DNA of 42,263 nucleotides from Candidatus Vogelbacteria bacterium RIFOXYB1_FULL_42_16 (GTDB lineage: Bacteria > Patescibacteriota > Minisyncoccia > Phycocordibacterales > XYD1-FULL-46-19), in contig MHTH01000006.1 in the NCBI GenBank assembly GCA_001823055.1, positions 1-42,263 of the forward strand, written 5' to 3'. Each line of letters starts with the position of its first letter. Position 1 is the stretch's first letter. Both the position numbers and the translations under genes were made by a program. Shown here one piece after another: positions 1-9,778 of the stretch. The notes beneath the pieces were generated by a model, which was given only the letters and a program-made list of their open reading frames with translations, was not told the origin of the DNA and did no database searches.

Positions 1-663
1 TTTGAAATTGAGTCCGGCCAGCTGATCATTGTCATAATAGAGCTGTTCATTGGAAATTAAAATTTTGGCTTCACTGGTGTGACCATAGCTGATTACTCGG
101 GCTTTCAATTTATCGGTCAAGTCTTTGATCACCGGATCATCAAAATTTAAAATCGCCCAGCCCGCTTCGGTCAATGATTTGACTAAAGAAGTTTTTTCTT
201 CCAAATATTGATGTTTGTTTTTAAAAAATTCAATATGAACCGGCACCGCCGGCAAACGGGTCAAAACACCGATATCAATCGGCAACCATTTCACCACATT
301 TTTGATATCGCCCGGCCGATCGGCACCCACTTCCAACACCAACCACTCCGGATATTTTTGACCAGAGATCGCCACCCATAAACCGCGCGCAATAATTTCT
401 AGCCAGCCAAGCGAACTATTCCAAGCACTTTTAGCCCCGATAATAGTCAGAGGTAGACCAAACTCGCTGTTATAACTTTTTTCGCTCTTTCTAACTTGAT
501 ATTTAACCGCTAAAACTTTGGCAATGGCGTCTTTGGTCGAAGTCTTGCCGACACTGCCGGTCACTCCGACCACTTTTGGTTGATAACGTTTGATAATTAG
601 TCGCGCTTCCAAACACAAGATTTTAGCGACAATTTTTTTAGCTAGATTTTTGATTAAAAACAT
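1..663 (-). CDS. murF: UDP-N-acetylmuramoyl-tripeptide--D-Ala-D-Ala ligase (5' part; runs off the window)
   Basis: Not in the ORF track. Manual translation from ATG at 663 gives MFLIKNLAKK...KVVGVTGSVGKTSTKDAI...KSYNSEFGLPLT (Mur ligase P-loop and MurF N-x-x-x-G-x-P-L-T motif); lies directly downstream of ftsI. Confidence 0.85.
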   Translation of the reverse strand, partial: MFLIKNLAKKIVAKILCLEARLIIKRYQPKVVGVTGSVGKTSTKDAIAKVLAVKYQVRKSEKSYNSEFGLPLTIIGAKSAWNSSLGWLEIIARGLWVAISGQKYPEWLVLEVGADRPGDIKNVVKWLPIDIGVLTRLPAVPVHIEFFKNKHQYLEEKTSLVKSLTEAGWAILNFDDPVIKDLTDKLKARVISYGHTSEAKILISNEQLYYDNDQLAGLNFK

Positions 664-666
664 ATT

Positions 667-2376
667 TTAGCGATCGGGCAAAACTTGATAATAATTGATC
701 AGAAAACGGTTCAGATTGATAAAAGGATCAGTCAAGGTTTGGGAAGAGTAGGTTGCTCCCTTGGGATAGACTGACATAAAAAAGATCAAAAAACGAGGGT
801 TGGTAGCCGGAAAATAGCCAAAAAAGGAATGCAGGTATCTGTCGTCATAATAACCGCCACTGGTCGTTTTGGCAATTTGAGCCGTACCGGTTTTAGCCGC
901 GATACTATAATGAGACATTTTGACTCGGCCATCGGCCAACTTGGTGTCAACCACTGTCGTCAACATTCGACTGATTTCTCGGCTAGTTTCCGGCTTGAGG
1001 ACATGTCGTTCTACGATGGTACCGATCTCGTCGACTAAAAGATTTTTATAATTTATCTGCTTGACTAAATGCGGACGCACCAATTTTCCACCATTAGCCA
1101 AAACCGACAAGGCGCGAACGGTTTGAATCGGAGTGACAGCAATCCCCTGACCGAAAGACATATTGGCGACTTCCACCTCCCGCGGTTTTTTATCTAAATT
1201 AGTCGTCAAACCGAGCACTTCGTCCGGCAAATCAATACTAGTTTTTTCGCCAAAACCGTAACCATGAAAATAATCGCGTAAATTTTTGGCGCCCAATTTC
1301 AAACCAACAAAAGCCGAGCCGGTATTGAGCGATTGGCTAAGCACTTCTTGCATCGGTATCACTCCGCGCGCCTTGCCGTCAAAATTGCACACTTTTTTGG
1401 TATTAAGAGTAATACAACCGGTATCTTTGTAAGTAGTGCTAGCCGTGACTAAATTTAAATCTAAAGCGGCCGCCATGGTCAATGGTTTGAAAATCGAACC
1501 CATCTCATAAAATTTTTCCACCAACTGATTATTCAAAACGGCAATATCGGTTTGTTTCTCACCCGGATCAAAATTTGGTCGACTGGCCACAGCGTAGATC
1601 TCGCCGGTTTGTGGATTGATAATAATGCCAGTCACCGAATCTGGTTGCCATTTACTGGTATAAGCATCCAATTCCTTTTCTAACATATTTTGTACCAAAG
1701 GTTCGATGGTCAAAACAATATCACCGGCCTGACCAACAGTTTTGCTTTTAACCGCCCGATTAAAATCGGAAAATAACTCGGCAAAGAAATTGACAAACAG
1801 GCCGTCACGATTGCGCGACAAAACCGATTCATATTGTTTTTCCAAACCGTAACGGCCATTATAGACATCACCTTTGTAACCTAAAAAGCCAATCGCATGA
1901 GAAGCGTTTCGGCCAGCCGGATAAAAACGCCATTTTTGTTTAAAAACACTGACGCCGGTAATTTTGGCTTGCTTGATTTTATCGGCCACTGTTTTGTCGA
2001 CATGAGTAGCAACTTCTTCGTAGGGATCGGTCTGATCCGCCACTTGGGCTAAAAATTTAACCTGATCCAAAGTCGGCAAAAAAACCGTTAATTTTTGCCA
2101 AGCGATTTCGGGATTGGTTATTTGTTGCGGATTGACAGCAACAATAAAACCGGTTTTCAAAGTCGCCGCCGACACTTGGACACCATCTTTGGTGGTGAAA
2201 AAAATCGAACCGCGATCAAATAGATTATTGGCTGGACGCAAATATTGATTGTCGGCCCTTTCGGTATAATCACTGCCATGAACAATCTGCAGATAAAACA
2301 AACGTGAAGCAAACAACAAAGCCACAACAATAAAAAACAGAGCGACAATTTTTATGCGAATAGAAAAATCTTTCAT
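667..2376 (-). CDS. ftsI: Class B penicillin-binding protein (FtsI/PBP3-like)
   Basis: N-terminal TM; GSIFKP (SxxK), SLN (SxN) and KTGTAQ motifs; mraZ-rsmH-ftsL-ftsI-murF order. Confidence 0.85.
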   Translation of the reverse strand: MKDFSIRIKIVALFFIVVALLFASRLFYLQIVHGSDYTERADNQYLRPANNLFDRGSIFFTTKDGVQVSAATLKTGFIVAVNPQQITNPEIAWQKLTVFLPTLDQVKFLAQVADQTDPYEEVATHVDKTVADKIKQAKITGVSVFKQKWRFYPAGRNASHAIGFLGYKGDVYNGRYGLEKQYESVLSRNRDGLFVNFFAELFSDFNRAVKSKTVGQAGDIVLTIEPLVQNMLEKELDAYTSKWQPDSVTGIIINPQTGEIYAVASRPNFDPGEKQTDIAVLNNQLVEKFYEMGSIFKPLTMAAALDLNLVTASTTYKDTGCITLNTKKVCNFDGKARGVIPMQEVLSQSLNTGSAFVGLKLGAKNLRDYFHGYGFGEKTSIDLPDEVLGLTTNLDKKPREVEVANMSFGQGIAVTPIQTVRALSVLANGGKLVRPHLVKQINYKNLLVDEIGTIVERHVLKPETSREISRMLTTVVDTKLADGRVKMSHYSIAAKTGTAQIAKTTSGGYYDDRYLHSFFGYFPATNPRFLIFFMSVYPKGATYSSQTLTDPFINLNRFLINYYQVLPDR

Positions 2377-2385
2377 TACAACCTT

Positions 2386-2718
2386 TTAGCGCAAAGACAG
2401 GGCCGGTTCTTGATTTTGCAATTTCGGACGATAAGCAAAGGTGCTGTCTTTGGGCGCCTCAATAAAACCATGAGCTAAAACAAAAGGCAGATCAATCGCC
2501 GATTGGGCCGAGAGATATTCTGTTTCCAGCAAAGCTAGTTCTGATTCGATTTGCGAGCCACCGTCTTCGGCGTCGGATCGAGCATTGACCAAAAAAACCG
2601 TCGTATTGACCAAATAAATATAAGCCACACCTAAAACCAAAAACAAAACTACCATGGCGGTAATAAAATTACTGCCATTCATATCATGATAATTAATGTT
2701 TAAAGTTTTGGTGTTCAT
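2386..2718 (-). CDS. FtsL-like cell division protein (TM + coiled coil)
   Basis: Single TM followed by a heptad-like segment; sits between rsmH and ftsI, the FtsL position. Confidence 0.6.
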   Translation of the reverse strand: MNTKTLNINYHDMNGSNFITAMVVLFLVLGVAYIYLVNTTVFLVNARSDAEDGGSQIESELALLETEYLSAQSAIDLPFVLAHGFIEAPKDSTFAYRPKLQNQEPALSLR

Positions 2719-2744
2719 TTTTTATTTTATCGATGATAAAAAAA

Positions 2745-3641
2745 TTAAAGTTTTTTGATGACCCGCAATTGAGCGCTTCGCGACCGAGGATTGGCCAACT
2801 CTTCAGTCCGATCCGGTTTGATCGCTTTTTTCGTCAGTAATTTTCCTTCGCCGGCAACAACTTTGGTTTTTAACCAATCTTTAACCAATCGGGCTTCCAG
2901 ACTATGAAAACTGATAACCGCCAATCGTCCACCGGAGTTTAAATGGCCCCAAATCTGTGGTAAAACCGCCTGTAAAGCGCCTAGCTCGTCGTTGACAGCG
3001 ATCCGCAAGGCCTGAAAAGTCTTGGTGGCTGGATGGATTTTCCGTCGGCGATACCAGATAGGCACCGCGCCCTCAATGATCGTTACTAATTGGCCAGTAG
3101 TAATAATTTCCTTAGCGGTGCGATAGTCGACGATGGCCTTGGCAATCCGGCGAGAAAAATGTTCTTCGCCAAAACCGTAGATAATATCGGCCAAACTGGT
3201 CTCACTCCAGCTATTAACCGCGTCTTTAGCGGTCACGAGTTGACCAAGAGTGTCATCGTTGGCTAAAGTCATCGAGAGAGGCTCGTCACGTAAAAAAGAA
3301 AACCCTCGACCGGATGATTCTAATTGATCAGAACTAAAACCCAAATCCAGCAAGACCGCGTCAATTTTTTTTACTTTCAGTTGATCTAAAATTTGATCAA
3401 AATAACGAAAATTATTTTTGACCACTTTGACCGGACAAGGACAAGTTTGCAGGTTGTGTTCCGCTTTTTTTACCGCTTCGCTGTCAGCATCAATTCCCAC
3501 CACCAGACCGGTTGAGCCCAGCAGTGGACAAAGAGCAATCGTGTGACCACCAGCATTGATAGTGCCATCAACAAAGACTTCGCCAGCTTGGAGATTTAAA
3601 TACTCAATTGTTGGTTTTAAAAGAACAGGGATATGGGCCAT
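2745..3641 (-). CDS. rsmH: 16S rRNA m4C1402 methyltransferase
   Basis: HIPVLL start, DLGFSSDQL, HPATKTFQALRIAVNDEL, ISFHSLE, NPRSRSAQLR motifs. Confidence 0.97.
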   Translation of the reverse strand: MAHIPVLLKPTIEYLNLQAGEVFVDGTINAGGHTIALCPLLGSTGLVVGIDADSEAVKKAEHNLQTCPCPVKVVKNNFRYFDQILDQLKVKKIDAVLLDLGFSSDQLESSGRGFSFLRDEPLSMTLANDDTLGQLVTAKDAVNSWSETSLADIIYGFGEEHFSRRIAKAIVDYRTAKEIITTGQLVTIIEGAVPIWYRRRKIHPATKTFQALRIAVNDELGALQAVLPQIWGHLNSGGRLAVISFHSLEARLVKDWLKTKVVAGEGKLLTKKAIKPDRTEELANPRSRSAQLRVIKKL

Positions 3642-3643
3642 TT

Positions 3644-4078
3644 TTAAAACATTCCTAGGTCGCCCATTTTCTCGGCCAAAACATCAGCTTGACCTTCTAT
3701 TCGCTTCGTATTGTCAGACCATTTGGCTTCATCCCAGATTTCCAGACGACGACTGACGCCGATGACCACCACCTTGGCGCCCAATTCAGCGAAATTTTTT
3801 AAAAAGTCCGGAATCAAGATTCGACCCAAACTGTCGATTTCGGTCTCGACCGCACCGGCAAAAACAAAACGATTCAAGTCGCGTGAGTCTATTCGTCCAA
3901 CCGGCATTTTTTCCAATTCTTCTGTAAACCGTTGCCACTCTTTGAGTGGGTGGACGAAGAGACATTTGTCAAAACCGCGACTAACAATCACTTTTTTACC
4001 CAACTCCTTGCGAAAACCGGCGGGCACAGAAACCCTCTTTTTTTCATCTAGATTGTGTCTGTATTCGCCGATTAACAT
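3644..4078 (-). CDS. mraZ: Division/cell wall cluster transcriptional repressor MraZ
   Basis: MLIGEYRHNLDEKKRVSVP and DSLGRILIP (two DxxxRxxxP-like motifs). The likely start is ATG at 4078, since the longer ORF start runs through the operator. Confidence 0.95.
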   Translation of the reverse strand: MLIGEYRHNLDEKKRVSVPAGFRKELGKKVIVSRGFDKCLFVHPLKEWQRFTEELEKMPVGRIDSRDLNRFVFAGAVETEIDSLGRILIPDFLKNFAELGAKVVVIGVSRRLEIWDEAKWSDNTKRIEGQADVLAEKMGDLGMF

Positions 4079-4120
4079 AAGTTGTTGGCAGAGGGAAAAA
4101 GACTGCCCAAAATCTTTCTC

Positions 4121-4165
4121 CCACTTTTTACCACTGCATATACATTTTACTCCACTTTCCCCCAC
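4121..4165 (-). promoter_or_regulatory. MraZ operator: four GTGG boxes
   Basis: CCAC on + at 4121, 4131, 4152 and 4162 (spacing 10/21/10) just upstream of mraZ; matches the known GTGG-N6 direct-repeat MraZ site. Confidence 0.8.
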
Positions 4166-4212
4166 CAAAGCAAACTCAAACTGTGGACAACTAGGTAGTA
4201 GATTTTAGACTC

Positions 4213-4350
4213 TTAAATTATAAAACTCGTTGAGGCAGAAACTTTTTAGGGGGTCGTGAGGCTGACGAGCTGAACGCTTCAGGATTTTCTAAGCTTCAGA
4301 AAATCCGTACCCTAAAAAGTTTGCTGGTGAGAAAGAGTTTTATAATTTAA
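4213..4350. repeat. Structured intergenic repeat, copy 1
   Basis: 16-bp outer IR (4213-4228/4335-4350) around a core AAACTTTTTAGGG...CCCTAAAAAGTTT; the core sequence recurs at about 27997-28203. Confidence 0.75.
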
Positions 4351-4359
4351 AAAGCAACG

Positions 4360-4394
4360 AAAAACCCGCTGGAACGCAAAAGCGTTCCAGCGGG
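4360..4394 (-). terminator. Intrinsic terminator of the 4410-4928 gene
   Basis: 13-bp perfect stem CCCGCTGGAACGC/GCGTTCCAGCGGG with a 4-nt loop, followed by a T5 tract on the minus strand. Confidence 0.85.
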
Positions 4395-4409
4395 AATCAA
4401 AGAGAAGAT

Positions 4410-4928
4410 CTAGGCGACCTGCTCTTTCACAAACAACATCGGCCGTCGGTCTTTGACATGATACTCCTCGTGGACAGAATGGACATCCAGATAATGCCGG
4501 CCCTTGCACGGTTCGATCGCCAGATGTTGGCCATGAGTCGGATCTTCGAGGACGACCACGGTATAATCATCCAAAACGATGCGTTCATTACTGTCGGAAA
4601 GCAGGAGGCCGGCCTTTTCTAGAAAAAGTCGGATGCCAACCTCAAATGGGCAGGGAACCAGTCCGTAGAGACGATGGACGAATTTCAAGAAATTCTGGAA
4701 GAGAATGTTTTCGGCATACTCTAACGTTGTCTTCAGTTCTGGCACCAAACAGACTACTTTCAAACCTCGTTGCGAGTTTGGCGTCGCATCGTCAAGACCG
4801 CGCCGTTCGATCAACTCCCAAACCCGTGGAGTGATCTGACTACCAGTCCGTTCCAACAAACTGATAACCACACTTTTCTCCTGATCGCCGACATTCAAGA
4901 CCTGCTGACCAACCACTTTTATGTTCAT
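4410..4928 (-). CDS. Hypothetical protein
   Basis: Open frame; AAAGGAGG SD lies 9 nt before ATG at 4928 (MNIKVVG); own terminator; no recognised family. Confidence 0.65.
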   Translation of the reverse strand: MNIKVVGQQVLNVGDQEKSVVISLLERTGSQITPRVWELIERRGLDDATPNSQRGLKVVCLVPELKTTLEYAENILFQNFLKFVHRLYGLVPCPFEVGIRLFLEKAGLLLSDSNERIVLDDYTVVVLEDPTHGQHLAIEPCKGRHYLDVHSVHEEYHVKDRRPMLFVKEQVA

Positions 4929-5025
4929 GATCCAAAACCTCCTTTGTTTGTAATCAAGATCGATTCTATCTTTATTTATACTCCCCAAAATTAGCCTTGT
5001 ATAGTGGACAATTGGCGCGTGATTT

Positions 5026-6501
5026 TTAGCTCAAATTTTCATTACCCTTCGGCCTCATCAGTGGAAAAATCTGAGTTTCGCGAGCCGGTTTATCACATAA
5101 AAAAGAAAAGAGACGTTCACTGACACCAAAACCAAAAGTTGGTGGCATCCCATACTCCAACGCCTCAACAAATTCATAATCATACCTCTGGGCTTCCTCA
5201 TCGCCCGCTTCCCGCAACTTGGCTTGGTCAGCAAAGCGACCGGCTTGGTCGAGCGGATCATTCAACTCACTAAAACCTTTACCATTTTCCGAACCGGCGA
5301 TAATCACTTGAAAACGTTCTACTAGCGCCGGATTTTCAGCCTGACGCTTGGCCAGCGGTTCCATGGTGACCGGCACATTAATCAAAAAACCCGGTCCGGC
5401 GATCTGTTTGCGACAATATTTCCAGAGATTATCGATCGCTCGAGTGAGATTAAAACCTTTTTGATCATAAACAATTCCTAATTCGCGCAATTTATTTTCC
5501 ATTACCCCTAAATCGGCCGATAAGATATCAATGTCAGTTTGCTCTTTGATGATGGCAACAAAATCGTAAGTCTCCCAATCCTTACTCAAATCAACTTCAA
5601 AACCGCGGATGGTAAATTTTTGGGTGCCAAAAGTCTTTTCAGCCACAAAACGATAAAGTTCTCGGACCAATTCCATCCCCTCCCGATAGTCAGAATAAGC
5701 GGAGTAAAATTCCAAAGCGGTATAATCCTGCAAATGTTCGGCGTCCATCCCCTCATTGCGAAATACTCGGCCAATCTCAAAAGTCTTGGGCAAACCGGCC
5801 ACCATTAATTTTTTCTGCCATAATTCACCGGTCGAAATGCGCAGGTAAACATCTAGATCCAGAGCATTGTGATGAGTAATAAAGGGTCGAGCTTCGGCGC
5901 CACCGGGGGTGTTTTCCAAAATCGGCGTATCCACTTCTAAAAAACCTTTGATCAACAAAAATTCGCGCATCGCTTGCCAAAATTGACTACGTTTGACTAT
6001 CAGCTGACGAGTCTCGTCATTGAGTAAAATATCCAAATAACGTTTGCGTAATCTTTCCTCGACATCTTGCAAACCAGCCCATTTGTCCGGTAGAGGATGT
6101 AAACTCTTGGCCAGAATCCGCCAACTGTCACCCTCGATTGTCTTTTCTCCTCGTTTGGTAATAAAAAAGGTGCCAGTCACTTCCACAAAATCACCGATAT
6201 CGATAGTATCGACAAATAAATCAAAAGTTTCGCCCAAGCTTTCTTTTTTCAATAAGGCCTGTAAACGAGCTGAGCCATCAAACAAATCAAAAAAAGCCAA
6301 TGCGCCCTGAATCCGAAGCGACATCACTCTCCCCCCAACAGTTTTTTTATCACCCGCCGTCGCCAATTTTTCAAAATCAGCCACAACGGTTTGTAAATCT
6401 AAATCAAGATGGCTTTGAGCCGGCCACGGTTCCTGACCAGCCTGCTTGAGCAAAGCCAGTTTTTTTAGCCTTTCGGCCCTAAGTTCTGGGAGAGAAGCCA
6501 T
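5026..6501 (-). CDS. lysS: Lysine--tRNA ligase (class II)
   Basis: OB-fold N-terminus, GGAEARPFITHHNALD, FRNEG, ALEYGMPPT. Confidence 0.97.
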   Translation of the reverse strand: MASLPELRAERLKKLALLKQAGQEPWPAQSHLDLDLQTVVADFEKLATAGDKKTVGGRVMSLRIQGALAFFDLFDGSARLQALLKKESLGETFDLFVDTIDIGDFVEVTGTFFITKRGEKTIEGDSWRILAKSLHPLPDKWAGLQDVEERLRKRYLDILLNDETRQLIVKRSQFWQAMREFLLIKGFLEVDTPILENTPGGAEARPFITHHNALDLDVYLRISTGELWQKKLMVAGLPKTFEIGRVFRNEGMDAEHLQDYTALEFYSAYSDYREGMELVRELYRFVAEKTFGTQKFTIRGFEVDLSKDWETYDFVAIIKEQTDIDILSADLGVMENKLRELGIVYDQKGFNLTRAIDNLWKYCRKQIAGPGFLINVPVTMEPLAKRQAENPALVERFQVIIAGSENGKGFSELNDPLDQAGRFADQAKLREAGDEEAQRYDYEFVEALEYGMPPTFGFGVSERLFSFLCDKPARETQIFPLMRPKGNENLS

Positions 6502-6519
6502 GTTTATTAAATTTAAATC

Positions 6520-6981
6520 TTATTTAACTTCTAGAACCGAGTAATTGACTAGTCCGCGCGGAGTGGACACGGTGACCTTGTCGCCCTTGCTCGAACCGAG
6601 AAGAGCCTCGCCAATCGGTGACTGATGAGAAATTTTACCACTCGCCATATCGGCGTCTTCGGAACCGACAATCATATATTCGGAAGATTCTCCTCCTTCT
6701 TTTTTAACGACCACTTTTGAGCCAACTTGGACCTTGCTACCATGATGTTCAGAAACAATTTCAGCACTTTTGAGCATCTCTTCAATTGTCGCAATACGAT
6801 CTTCAATATCGGCTTGTTTATCACGCGCTTCGTGATATTCGGCATTTTCCGACAAATCGCCCAAGGATTTGGCAAACTCGAGAGTCTCGGCCACCTCCTT
6901 TCTTTCTATCATTTTTAAATGTTCCAACTCGGTCTTTAACTCGTCGTATTTTTCACGACTAAGATATTGTTTATTATCCAT
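6520..6981 (-). CDS. greA: Transcription elongation factor GreA
   Basis: GDLSENAEYHEA and ISHQSPIGEALLG motifs. Confidence 0.97.
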   Translation of the reverse strand: MDNKQYLSREKYDELKTELEHLKMIERKEVAETLEFAKSLGDLSENAEYHEARDKQADIEDRIATIEEMLKSAEIVSEHHGSKVQVGSKVVVKKEGGESSEYMIVGSEDADMASGKISHQSPIGEALLGSSKGDKVTVSTPRGLVNYSVLEVK

Positions 6982-7024
6982 ATGGGCCTTATTTTACACG
7001 ATTTAAGATAACAGGCAAGATACC

Positions 7025-8716
7025 TCAATATATTTCTTTCAGGTATTCCGGTTCATAAACCGCCAACCAATCAAACATCTGTCTCATGACAAAAGTCGCG
7101 CCAATCGTATTGTGACGAGAACCCTTTTCCATCACCACGACAAAAGCGTAATGGGGCTTGGCATAAGGGAAAAAACCGGTCACCCAAGAATTGACCCGCT
7201 CTCGCGTTTCGCCCAATTCCGCCGTGCCGGTTTTGGCACCGACTTCCACTGCCGGCGTATTGAGACCCTTGGCCGTTCCTTCACGAACCGACAAACGCAT
7301 GCCTTCGCGAACGACTCGCAAATGTTCGGGATCAAGCGGTAAGATTTGACCGGGAGTAAATAAACCATCGGGACTTTTTAAAATCGTCGGGGTAATCATC
7401 CGACCGCCATTGGCAATAGCCGTAATTCCACGCAAAATTTGGAGAGGGGTTACCAAGACACCATATTGACCGATGGCCGTGTGATAAGTATTACCAACTC
7501 GCCACGGTTCACCGTCAAAATTTTTTGCTTTCCACTCCGGATTAGGAATAACTCCGGTTTCTTCCCCCGGTAAATTGATGCCAGTCTTTAAACTCAAGCC
7601 AAACAGTTTGGCATATTTTTCGATATTCATGATCCCGATCCCCTTTTGACTGCCAAAACCGCCACCAATTTGATAAAAATAGACATCGGAAGAAACGGCA
7701 ATCGCCCAACGCATGTCGACCGGCCCGTGAGCTTTCCAATCTTTGAAAATCGTCGGTTTAGACGGATCATAAGGATTAGGCACCACCAACTGACCGGTAC
7801 TGACAATCTGTTTTTTAGTATCGATAACATTTTGTTCCAAAGCGCCGACCGCCACAAACGGTTTAAAAACCGAACCGGGGGTATAGAGACCAGAGATAGT
7901 GCGATTAAGTAGGGGGAAATTTTTATTATTAAAATAATTGGAAATTTTTTCTTTATCTTTACCTTGAGACAAAATGTTTGGATTGTATTCCGGATAACTG
8001 ACCATCGCGATAATTTCACCGGTGTTGATATTCATGATCACTCCACTACCACCGCGAAAATCATATTGGGTGGCCACACTGCGCACGGTTTGATAAAATT
8101 TTTCCTGCACTTTGGCGTCAATCGCTAAGATCAATTCTTGACCGCTTTTAGGCTGACGAATAATATGATCGGAAATAATTCCGCCAATCGCGTTGGTTTC
8201 TTCGATCTTTAAACCTTTTTCACCGCCCAAAACCTGATTATAAAAAGCTTCCACCCCATCTCGCCCGATCAATTGTTTCGGATCCAAAAGTTGATTAGTG
8301 GATAATTCTTCTTCGCTCGGATAACCGACATAACCTAAAACATGAGCGAGACCTTCCTGATCGGCATAAAGACGATTGGGATTATTCCAAGCCAACATTT
8401 TTTTGTGACGATCATAGATGATGCCTCGTTCAGCATAAATCGGTGTATGTCTCAAAGTATTGTTGACCGATCGATCGGCATAAACCGTCCCCTGCGCCAC
8501 TTGCAGATTGAAAACTTGACCGATAAAAATCAGACCAATCAAACCAAAAAATAAACCGGAAAAAAACAAGATCTTTTTACTGATCGGCTTTTCTATTTGA
8601 CCTTCAAACTGTTGTTTATCAAAAGAAGGCAGATTGCTGTCGTCCAAAAAAATCTCGTCCGGATCGAGATCGCGGGACAGATTGCGACGACTTAAAAAAT
8701 GATGGCGTTTGAACAT
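7025..8716 (-). CDS. mrdA: Penicillin-binding protein 2 (elongasome transpeptidase)
   Basis: PGSVFKP, SSDVYFY, KTGTAE motifs; downstream of mreBC. The likely start ATG at 8716 overlaps the upstream stop codon. Confidence 0.88.
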   Translation of the reverse strand: MFKRHHFLSRRNLSRDLDPDEIFLDDSNLPSFDKQQFEGQIEKPISKKILFFSGLFFGLIGLIFIGQVFNLQVAQGTVYADRSVNNTLRHTPIYAERGIIYDRHKKMLAWNNPNRLYADQEGLAHVLGYVGYPSEEELSTNQLLDPKQLIGRDGVEAFYNQVLGGEKGLKIEETNAIGGIISDHIIRQPKSGQELILAIDAKVQEKFYQTVRSVATQYDFRGGSGVIMNINTGEIIAMVSYPEYNPNILSQGKDKEKISNYFNNKNFPLLNRTISGLYTPGSVFKPFVAVGALEQNVIDTKKQIVSTGQLVVPNPYDPSKPTIFKDWKAHGPVDMRWAIAVSSDVYFYQIGGGFGSQKGIGIMNIEKYAKLFGLSLKTGINLPGEETGVIPNPEWKAKNFDGEPWRVGNTYHTAIGQYGVLVTPLQILRGITAIANGGRMITPTILKSPDGLFTPGQILPLDPEHLRVVREGMRLSVREGTAKGLNTPAVEVGAKTGTAELGETRERVNSWVTGFFPYAKPHYAFVVVMEKGSRHNTIGATFVMRQMFDWLAVYEPEYLKEIY

Positions 8717-8979
8717 CAATGATAAAAAATTAAAGCTTTTTTGATCTGTTCCACCGACCAAACAATCAACAAAACCCCGATCGTCATGATAAATTGCTGG
8801 CCAAACCGACCGGCAACCGGCAAGCCGAAAAGAATATCATACCACAAAGCCGGCACTATCGGTTCCCAAAAATAAGAAAACTTAAGCGCTAAAATCAAGA
8901 CTAAAACCAGCCACCACCACCACGGCAAATAGAAAATCACTAACCATAATAAAATAAATAGCCCCCATCTAGTTTTCAT
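8716..8979 (-). CDS. Small membrane protein in the MreD position
   Basis: 87 aa, almost entirely hydrophobic, overlapping both mreC and mrdA. Confidence 0.6.
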   Translation of the reverse strand: MKTRWGLFILLWLVIFYLPWWWWLVLVLILALKFSYFWEPIVPALWYDILFGLPVAGRFGQQFIMTIGVLLIVWSVEQIKKALIFYH

Positions 8980-9778
8980 AAATTTCCACCCATTTTAGTT
9001 CATAGAGATTAATCGGTAGACGAAACAGAACACGAATGTAGGGATCGGAAGATTTAGCCTCGATGGCGCCGACACTACCGAGAAGCAAATTACGATAAGA
9101 ATTGGCAAAAACCGAATCGCCGACAGCGATCTCGGTGCCTCGAGGCAGAGATAAAGAAAAATTACCACTACCCAGACCCTTGGCAATGGCTGGGATTGAT
9201 TTGGGACCAATCGCCACAATCACCTGATCGCCAAAAGAAGTGAACAATTTGATCTTAGCGCTAGAGCGATAAATTTCCGCTACTCGTCCCAACAAAACTT
9301 GCCCACCACCGGTCGTAACCAAATCGCCAACTTTGATCAAACGACTCTGATCATCACCCAAAGACACGATCAAAATATCGTGAGGGGTGATAATCGGTCG
9401 AGCAGTGACCGCCAACAAAAGCGGTTTTTCGGACCGACTGTTCAAACCGACGATTTTCTTTAACTCCAAATTTTCCTGACTAATAGTTTGATTGGATTGC
9501 CAGATATTTTTTAATCGAAGATTTTCCAGTTTTAATTTTTGATTTTCGGCCACTAAACTTTTTTTGAAACGAACAAATTGTTTTAAATCGGTCGCCAAAT
9601 CAACCGTCACTTTACCCACCGCTAAAAAAGGCCGGCTGACTAAAGCAACCGGTCCATAAAACCAAGTCGATAATTTGGCTCCCCAGAAAACAATTCCTGA
9701 CAAAAACAAAATCAGAATAACCAAACTCCAACCAAAACGCCGAGGCGATCGACGTTCATCAGCGCGGCGGTAATTCAT
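8969..9778 (-). CDS. mreC: Rod shape-determining protein MreC
   Basis: TM, coiled coil (LVAENQKLKLEN), beta-rich C-terminus; follows mreB. The start could lie anywhere from 9778 to 9790. Confidence 0.88.
   Translation of the reverse strand: MNYRRADERRSPRRFGWSLVILILFLSGIVFWGAKLSTWFYGPVALVSRPFLAVGKVTVDLATDLKQFVRFKKSLVAENQKLKLENLRLKNIWQSNQTISQENLELKKIVGLNSRSEKPLLLAVTARPIITPHDILIVSLGDDQSRLIKVGDLVTTGGGQVLLGRVAEIYRSSAKIKLFTSFGDQVIVAIGPKSIPAIAKGLGSGNFSLSLPRGTEIAVGDSVFANSYRNLLLGSVGAIEAKSSDPYIRVLFRLPINLYELKWVEIYEN

Noticed and set aside
4079-4168. 30-aa N-terminal extension of MraZ in the ORF track
   Set aside because: It overlaps the GTGG operator repeats; the family-typical start is MLIGEY at 4078.
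3711-4208. Antisense and alternate-frame ORFs (this one and others such as 10404-10901, 17203-17634, 26600-26980, 32011-32379)
   Set aside because: They shadow well-supported genes and have no recognisable motifs or initiation signals.
4255-4310. Hammerhead ribozyme suggested by CTGACGA and a downstream GAAA
   Set aside because: GAAA does not directly follow a stem II, it is itself paired in the GGATTTTCT/AGAAAATCC stem, and the second copy of the repeat lacks CUGANGA.
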